Source: a virus | Taxonomy: Duplodnaviria; Caudoviricetes | DNA: 64,000 nt | IMG/VR virus record: IMGVR_UViG_3300046819_000361 | Direction: 5' to 3' (one strand) | Part shown: positions 58,407 to 64,000 of the stretch, piece after piece | How positions within the stretch are numbered: the stretch's first letter is position 1 | Layout: every line of letters starts with the position of its first letter | Made by a program: the position numbers and the translations under genes | Notes under the pieces: generated by a model | Database searches by the model: none | What the model was told of the DNA's origin: nothing | The model's input: the letters and a program-made list of their open reading frames with translations, nothing else

Positions 58407-59201
58407 CTACTGATTTTTGCTGTAGAATTTTTTATAGTTATGAATTATTTCAACATGTTCTGGAATACCTTTGGAAATGGCAAACGTAGTTGGGTAGTCG
58501 TAATGACTATAATAATCATACTCGTTTGTGCCCTCTGGGTCGAATACATTGACAATATTAGGATTCTTTACAAAAGCCTTGCCGGAAAGCAAGAAAAAAT
58601 ATGTATTAAATGAATCTTGCCAACCAGTTTTTTCATATATATTATTACGAACATAATTAAAATTTTGTTCAACCCATCGTTTAACATGAAAATAATTATC
58701 TAAAAAAGTTTTTACTTTGATGATAGTACCACCCTGTGCACCATAACCATTGATATTTGGACGGACGCCAGAATATTCTTCTATCATATTCATAAATTCA
58801 TCAGTAAACCCATTTGGAAATCGTTCACCATTCGCAAAGGAGGTATCAAACCCATATACATCAACATCTGGACATGTAATTGGTTTTAATATTTTAATAT
58901 CATCTTCTAAATATACTAAATGAGTGGTATTCGCTCGAAAACATGCAATATACATTCTTTCCCAAAATTCTAACACAATTTCCATATCATAACCATATGG
59001 TTCTTGTGGATAACCAAGTTTCCGTTGGGACTGGTAATATTCTACATTATATTTTTTACAAGCATCAAGACGATCATCACCTGCATCACCTAATGCAATG
59101 TAATAACTATCTGGATAGAATTCTCGTACATTTTTCATAAGTTCTTCACCGGCAATATGTTGTCCTGGTGAGCAAAACTGTGCAAACCCTATTGATGTCA
59201 T
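58407..59201 (-). CDS. Glycosyltransferase-like protein (GT-A fold)
   Basis: ALGDAGDD, HLVYLEDD (DxD-like), GGTII motifs. Confidence 0.5.
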   Translation of the reverse strand: MTSIGFAQFCSPGQHIAGEELMKNVREFYPDSYYIALGDAGDDRLDACKKYNVEYYQSQRKLGYPQEPYGYDMEIVLEFWERMYIACFRANTTHLVYLEDDIKILKPITCPDVDVYGFDTSFANGERFPNGFTDEFMNMIEEYSGVRPNINGYGAQGGTIIKVKTFLDNYFHVKRWVEQNFNYVRNNIYEKTGWQDSFNTYFFLLSGKAFVKNPNIVNVFDPEGTNEYDYYSHYDYPTTFAISKGIPEHVEIIHNYKKFYSKNQ

Positions 59202-59209
59202 AAATTTCC

Positions 59210-59452
59210 TTATTGTTTATCGAATCCACCACCGTCCATACTAACAGTGATCGAATCCGTATTTTTGTTCTTTAACTCATCGTACAATCGTGAATAATCC
59301 GTATTGATTTTATCAAGCATTTCATTCAACGCCATAGAAATTAGTCTTGCTTGTTGAATTGGAATTTTAATTTCTTTTTGTTGAGATAATTCAGCTGCAC
59401 GTAATAATTGCGTATACAATGTAATTGGTGTTAAATTTATTTGATGTTGCAT
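59210..59452 (-). CDS. Hypothetical protein
   Basis: 80 aa ending VSMDGGGF. Confidence 0.7.
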   Translation of the reverse strand: MQHQINLTPITLYTQLLRAAELSQQKEIKIPIQQARLISMALNEMLDKINTDYSRLYDELKNKNTDSITVSMDGGGFDKQ

Positions 59453-59907
59453 TTTACTTCTGCCGCTTTTGCTTTGGTCTTAAATGGACCAAGTGTTTCA
59501 TACCGATCAACTGTAATTAATTTTGGACAAAATGCTATAACCCATGTTTTGAATTTTATTGCATACCAACCTGCACAATGGAAACATTTGCTTTTTGGTT
59601 GTTTCGTAAACATTGGTAATTTTCTACGAACATCATACATTGAATTATATGGTTTTGTTTTAGTTGGATAACCGTGACATTCCGTATCTTCTGATAAATT
59701 AACTGGTAGTGAATTTTCTGGTAGGAAAAATTTACTACCAAATGTATTGATGATTTCTTCCTTTTCATCAAAACGAATTTCACCATCTATATTGGATAAA
59801 ATGAATTTGTTATTTTCTTGTTTATGCAATGTTGCAATTTTATCACCATCTTGTTCAACAATCCAGAATTTTCCATCGACAATTGGTATTGCATGAATTT
59901 CGGTCAT
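59437..59907 (-). CDS. Hypothetical protein
   Basis: 156 aa; KFWIVE, CAGWY, FCPKLIT, GPFKT. Confidence 0.75.
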   Translation of the reverse strand: MTEIHAIPIVDGKFWIVEQDGDKIATLHKQENNKFILSNIDGEIRFDEKEEIINTFGSKFFLPENSLPVNLSEDTECHGYPTKTKPYNSMYDVRRKLPMFTKQPKSKCFHCAGWYAIKFKTWVIAFCPKLITVDRYETLGPFKTKAKAAEVKCNIK

Positions 59908-60122
59908 GATTCCTCCTGATAAACCATGTTTAAAACTTCATCAATCGATAGAGGTGTTGCATCTGCATAAAATTTATCGTTATTTCTAAATTTGAAATCA
60001 GATAATGGGTGATCATTATATCTAGTAATGATATCTATTCTATATTGATCACCGGTTTTTGTGTACTTGCATTTGCATAGAATACCATCCTTTGGTATGT
60101 TATTGAACCATTCCTTTGTCAT
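59904..60122 (-). CDS. Hypothetical protein
   Basis: 72 aa with RBS GGAG. Confidence 0.6.
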   Translation of the reverse strand: MTKEWFNNIPKDGILCKCKYTKTGDQYRIDIITRYNDHPLSDFKFRNNDKFYADATPLSIDEVLNMVYQEES

Positions 60123-60133
60123 ACAAACTCCGT

Positions 60134-60631
60134 TTATTTTTCTAAAAGTACTTCGATTGTTGCTAAAAAGATAGCCATACCTGATCGGCCATCCATGAAA
60201 GATTTTTCTACAATTTTGTTTGCTGTTTGGATAGCATATTTGTGTTTTGGATCAAATAAGCTAATAGCAATATTGTATTTTTTGTTGTACATCACCCTTG
60301 AAAATCCTTGGAATAATTCTTCATCGGGATAACCAGTTAGTTCAATAAAACCAATTCTAGTAAGTTTCGCTGACAACTCTTTGGTGTCTTCAAGGAAAAG
60401 TTCTTGTTGAAAAATGATATAATCAAGTTCCAATGAATTTGCAAACACTTCTGCATGATCGTGATTTCTGTAAGCCCAAACTCTAGCAAGTTTATGATTG
60501 TCAACTCGTTGTTTGAGATTCAATTTGTCTAACCATGAAACTTGTTTACGAGTATTTTTAACTCGTTGAACATTGTTTTTAGAACGAATGTTTTCGATAA
60601 TTTCTGATTTTGTATCAATGATTTCAGTCAT
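60134..60631 (-). CDS. Hypothetical early protein
   Basis: 165 aa, downstream of its own sigma70 promoter. Confidence 0.7.
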   Translation of the reverse strand: MTEIIDTKSEIIENIRSKNNVQRVKNTRKQVSWLDKLNLKQRVDNHKLARVWAYRNHDHAEVFANSLELDYIIFQQELFLEDTKELSAKLTRIGFIELTGYPDEELFQGFSRVMYNKKYNIAISLFDPKHKYAIQTANKIVEKSFMDGRSGMAIFLATIEVLLEK

Positions 60632-60645
60632 AATAATCTCTATGT

Positions 60646-60695
60646 GTTAGTGTTTTAAGTTTGATAACTATAAAACACTAACTGTTAAAAGTCAA
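60646..60695 (-). promoter_or_regulatory. sigma70 promoter overlapped by a 12-bp inverted repeat
   Basis: TTGACT (60690-95) N17 TATAGT (60667-72); arms GTTAGTGTTTTA and TAAAACACTAAC. Confidence 0.65.
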
Positions 60696-60698
60696 GTT

Positions 60699-61358
60699 TT
60701 ATTTTTCAACCAAAATTAAATCAAATTCGATACCCTTCCCAGTAGTGTCGTATTCAACCGTGTCAATGTATTCGCCATCGTATTGGATACTCGATAACAA
60801 ACTCCATCCTTCGATATCACTATACTCAATTTTAATTTTTGTTGGATCAAATTCATCTTTGATTGTGAATTCTCCACCAAAAAATAAACCTTTTTCGACA
60901 GATTGTCCAATAAATGCCACCTCGCCATCTTCCAGCTTATCAGTGATATAACATTCCTCAATTTCTTCAATCCCAATTTCATCATCTTCGAGAGAAGTGA
61001 TGTCTAAAGAATGTCTCCATACTTCCTTACCCTTTTCATCGTAGACAAATATTTCACTGAGATCATCAATTGTTGCACCATTTTCGTGAGCAATATCATC
61101 CAAATCATACCAGTTGCCTTCTTCAATGAAACGATATTCTTCTGGTACTTCTAACTCATTATCTTCATCATCGATGAAATCATTGATATCTATATCATTA
61201 TCTTCAAGATAATCATATGCATCACGGTCAACTTTGCCGATTACAATTTCACCACCTCTGCCGGATACTTCTACTTTGTATTTTCGTGGTGGGAATTTAA
61301 TGGTTTGTAATAATGTACGTTGTTCATCCGGTGTTGGATCTTTAATTTCTTCACTCAT
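60699..61358 (-). CDS. Acidic hypothetical protein
   Basis: 219 aa, very D/E-rich. Confidence 0.75.
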   Translation of the reverse strand: MSEEIKDPTPDEQRTLLQTIKFPPRKYKVEVSGRGGEIVIGKVDRDAYDYLEDNDIDINDFIDDEDNELEVPEEYRFIEEGNWYDLDDIAHENGATIDDLSEIFVYDEKGKEVWRHSLDITSLEDDEIGIEEIEECYITDKLEDGEVAFIGQSVEKGLFFGGEFTIKDEFDPTKIKIEYSDIEGWSLLSSIQYDGEYIDTVEYDTTGKGIEFDLILVEK

Positions 61359-61359
61359 C

Positions 61360-62346
61360 TTATTCTCCTATGTATTTTGCTTGAAACGGTTCAGCAAATT
61401 GCTGAATATTTTCCATCATTCGTTTCATATCATATGATTGACAGAATTTTAACATTCTGATCCCAACCTGTGTTATTTCTTTTGGTTTAGAATTGGTACT
61501 TATTGTTTCGTTTATCACTTCTCGGATATGAGTTGGCTGTGCAGTTAAATCGATTAATTGACGATTTCTTTCATAATCATCTAATACTCTATGCTCAACT
61601 CCATCATGATCAACCCAGCGTTGTAGCATTAGATTGTTCCAATTATAGCCTTTACAATTTCTGTCATTAAATGCTTCAGTTAGCCCAACTTTATTTTTGG
61701 TACCTTTTGTTCTAACCCCTGGATATGCGGAGAAAACATTATCGCTAGTATCACCGCGCATACATTTCTCAAAAAGCATCCATTCAGGATCAATTGGTAA
61801 TTTTACTTCACCTGTTTTTTTGTCTTTAATTGGTTTACCTTTTGCATCAAAATAACCAGTATGGGTAATGTGGTGATCAGCAATGCCATTGTATTGGCTT
61901 ACATTAGGCGCAATTAATTGTAAAAAGTCACTATCAGATGAAATAATGACATGATTAGAGTTAGGATGTGATTGAATGAATCCAGCAATTAAGTCATCCG
62001 CTTCTAATTGCGGGTGTTGTAAAATGGTGCAATTAGTTTTATCTGTTAAAAATGTTTTGAATTCATCGAACGCTTCCCAAAACAATTTTTCTTCTTCTTG
62101 TTCTTTTACATTCATGGCAGACCGCATGTCTGCCCGATTTCGTTTATATGGTACATAATATTCTTTGCGCCATGATTTCCCTTCCAAACATACAACAACA
62201 TGTTTACCACCAAAGTCTTGCCATGCTTTTTTGATGCTATTAAATGTTATATGAAATGCCATACCCAGTTTTAATTCAGCATTACCTTGTATGGCATGTC
62301 TAGCACGATAGAATGTGTTAGACAGATCGACTAAAATATAAGTCAT
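61360..62346 (-). CDS. rnh: T4 RNase H-like 5'-3' exonuclease (FEN family)
   Basis: ILVDLSN, SWRK..Y..YKRNR, LEADDLIA, SSDSDFLQL, GDTSDNV. Confidence 0.93.
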   Translation of the reverse strand: MTYILVDLSNTFYRARHAIQGNAELKLGMAFHITFNSIKKAWQDFGGKHVVVCLEGKSWRKEYYVPYKRNRADMRSAMNVKEQEEEKLFWEAFDEFKTFLTDKTNCTILQHPQLEADDLIAGFIQSHPNSNHVIISSDSDFLQLIAPNVSQYNGIADHHITHTGYFDAKGKPIKDKKTGEVKLPIDPEWMLFEKCMRGDTSDNVFSAYPGVRTKGTKNKVGLTEAFNDRNCKGYNWNNLMLQRWVDHDGVEHRVLDDYERNRQLIDLTAQPTHIREVINETISTNSKPKEITQVGIRMLKFCQSYDMKRMMENIQQFAEPFQAKYIGE

Positions 62347-62376
62347 TATTCATCCTTGAATAATGGTGAACTGAGG

Positions 62377-62823
62377 TTATTTTACCTCAGCTTTTCCACC
62401 GGTTAATTTCGTAACATTGATATAACCAGTTTCCCGATTATCCATATCAACCCCTTCTGCGGCAGCTGCATTAATGCAGATATCTCTGAACCAACGAGCT
62501 ACTATTTCTTCATCTGGGTCACCATCAAACCCATAGCCTTCTTGCTTTAATTCAGTAATGAAATATTCATTCCAATCCAATTCATAAAAACCATTTCTGA
62601 TATTATCTTTATTGACTTTAAATCCGATAACATCAACCCATGCTTCTTTGCGCTTGTTTGCTATTTCTTTTGGTGAGAGTTTTGCCTCTGCTTCTTTTTC
62701 TTTTTTAGCTTTGCGTTTAGCAGCTGCACGAGCAGCTTTTTCTTCTTTTTCAAGAATAGCAATTCGTGCAGCTTCTTCCCTAGCAGTTACGCCAGTTATA
62801 TCTTTAAAAAATTTTTTAATCAT
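62377..62823 (-). CDS. Hypothetical protein
   Basis: 148 aa; GFYELDWNEYF. Confidence 0.75.
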   Translation of the reverse strand: MIKKFFKDITGVTAREEAARIAILEKEEKAARAAAKRKAKKEKEAEAKLSPKEIANKRKEAWVDVIGFKVNKDNIRNGFYELDWNEYFITELKQEGYGFDGDPDEEIVARWFRDICINAAAAEGVDMDNRETGYINVTKLTGGKAEVK

Positions 62824-62841
62824 TGGATCCTTCCAGTTATT

Positions 62842-63309
62842 TTAGCAGCCTTCTGAAATATCTTTTGCTTGCATGCGTTCTTTACGGAACGTTTTAACAT
62901 CTTCAATTGCATTAATTAAAGTATGTGCGTAGTTAAGTGCTTGTTGTTCACTCATTATGGTAGTTTGTGAGTACTTCAGATAGCCAGATGTCCACAATGC
63001 GTATGAAATTTTAATCCGATGAGCAAATCCATTTATAAAACTGCGAATAGATTCGTCAACGCTATACAGCCAAGAACTTTCAAATCTGGGAGTATGATTT
63101 TCTTCAACTACGCGATTCCACCAGTCGGTCTTTGGATGAGTCCAAGTATTAACATTAATATTAATTCCAAATTCATCTGCTTCCACTTCAAAATGAATAT
63201 CATCATCTTCATTTCCGCATTTACATCCTATTTTATAAAACTTGCTGTCTCCATAGTCGCCGGTTTTCATAATGCCTTCTGCTGGTTTTTCTGGTACTAA
63301 TACTGACAT
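62842..63309 (-). CDS. Hypothetical protein
   Basis: 155 aa with CKCG. Confidence 0.7.
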   Translation of the reverse strand: MSVLVPEKPAEGIMKTGDYGDSKFYKIGCKCGNEDDDIHFEVEADEFGININVNTWTHPKTDWWNRVVEENHTPRFESSWLYSVDESIRSFINGFAHRIKISYALWTSGYLKYSQTTIMSEQQALNYAHTLINAIEDVKTFRKERMQAKDISEGC

Positions 63310-63316
63310 AAATTTC

Positions 63317-63496
63317 CTACAGTTTAATTTCGATTACTTGGTCGAATTCACCACCGAATGTGATGGATGTTGTATTGGCTAATAAAGTTCCGTCATTCAC
63401 CATCGTCGCTAAAGTTGTGACGATACTTTCCAGTTCTTGATATGTCCCATCAAATGTATTAATGAATTCTTCTGAAAATTTAATTGTTTTACTCAT
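63317..63496 (-). CDS. Small hypothetical protein (59 aa, below the ORF-track cutoff)
   Basis: MSKTIKFSEEFINTFDGTYQELESIV...IKL*; RBS AGGAG; ATGA overlap with the upstream gene. Confidence 0.7.
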   Translation of the reverse strand: MSKTIKFSEEFINTFDGTYQELESIVTTLATMVNDGTLLANTTSITFGGEFDQVIEIKL

Positions 63497-63831
63497 GTTG
63501 ACTCCTTAATAGTGTCCCAAGATTTAAGTGCTTCCAAAGTTTCTGTGTATTCTTTCCACAATAACTTCAGTTTTTCGTATTTCTGTTCCATTATAACATC
63601 CCGTCGTGGAATATGCAACAAACTTTCAATGCGACTTAATCTTTCTTCGAGGTTGTCCCCATTAAGATTAACCTTGCCAGTGATATTCAATGTTGCATCT
63701 TCTGTCGAAGGGATTTCCATTACCATGTTTCCTGTACCACTTATGAAGCGTGTGCTAGGACTAGAAAACGTTATTTTATCGTAGTTTATTGAGTTTGTAA
63801 AAATTCTGTTAGTTAATTGTGTATTAGCCAT
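63493..63831 (-). CDS. Hypothetical protein
   Basis: Probable start MANTQ with RBS AAGGA; LEERLSRIESLLHIP coiled coil. Confidence 0.65.
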   Translation of the reverse strand: MANTQLTNRIFTNSINYDKITFSSPSTRFISGTGNMVMEIPSTEDATLNITGKVNLNGDNLEERLSRIESLLHIPRRDVIMEQKYEKLKLLWKEYTETLEALKSWDTIKEST

Positions 63832-63847
63832 TATATTCCTTGATAAA

Positions 63848-63867
63848 GGTGGGGATAAATCCCCACC
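63848..63867 (-). terminator. Terminator hairpin
   Basis: GGTGGGGA-TAAA-TCCCCACC followed by TTT on the minus strand. Confidence 0.7.
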
Positions 63868-63874
63868 ATCTACA

Positions 63875-64000
63875 CTACTTTTTAACAAATTTTTGTTTGT
63901 TAGTATTATTCCAAGGTTTATTACCTTGATATGGTTTACGTGGACGCTTGCTCGCCAAATATGCACCATATGATTTCGAATCCTTCCGGTAGAGTTCTGC
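63875..64000 (-). CDS. C-terminal end of a basic hypothetical protein (starts beyond the window)
   Basis: ...AELYRKDSKSYGAYLASKRPRKPYQGNKPWNNTNKQKFVKK* ending just before the terminator. Confidence 0.55.
   Translation of the reverse strand, partial: AELYRKDSKSYGAYLASKRPRKPYQGNKPWNNTNKQKFVKK

Noticed and set aside
1-64000. Stop-codon reassignment as seen in some large phages
   Set aside because: Genes, including the 12-kb ORF, are intact in the standard code, and TAA, TAG and TGA all end genes

Overview
AT-rich 64-kb segment of a large T4-superfamily-like (myovirus-type) phage genome, read in the standard genetic code. Left, minus strand: three large paralogous virion proteins, a structural gene, a free-standing GIY-YIG endonuclease, the head module (gp23, gp22, gp21, acidic core protein, gp20) and a tape-measure-like gene. 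Next come a gp26/gp51-like pair, a ~500-nt structured non-coding region, a resolvase-like nuclease, gp46/gp47 and the late sigma factor gp55. Middle, plus strand: baseplate/tail module (gp48/54-like, gp53, hub, gp5, gp25, gp6, a 4066-aa protein, fibres). Right, minus strand: thyX, an AAA+/vWA pair, RNase H and many small hypotheticals. Main observations: (1) seven phycobiliprotein-like repeats keeping C-x-R-D in two virion proteins; (2) a candidate large structured ncRNA with long-range helices and a pseudoknot at ~19390-19870; (3) a probable -1 frameshift fusing gp26 and gp51; (4) clear sigma70 versus TAAATA late-promoter architecture. All assignments come from reading motifs and synteny by eye; no database searches were run.
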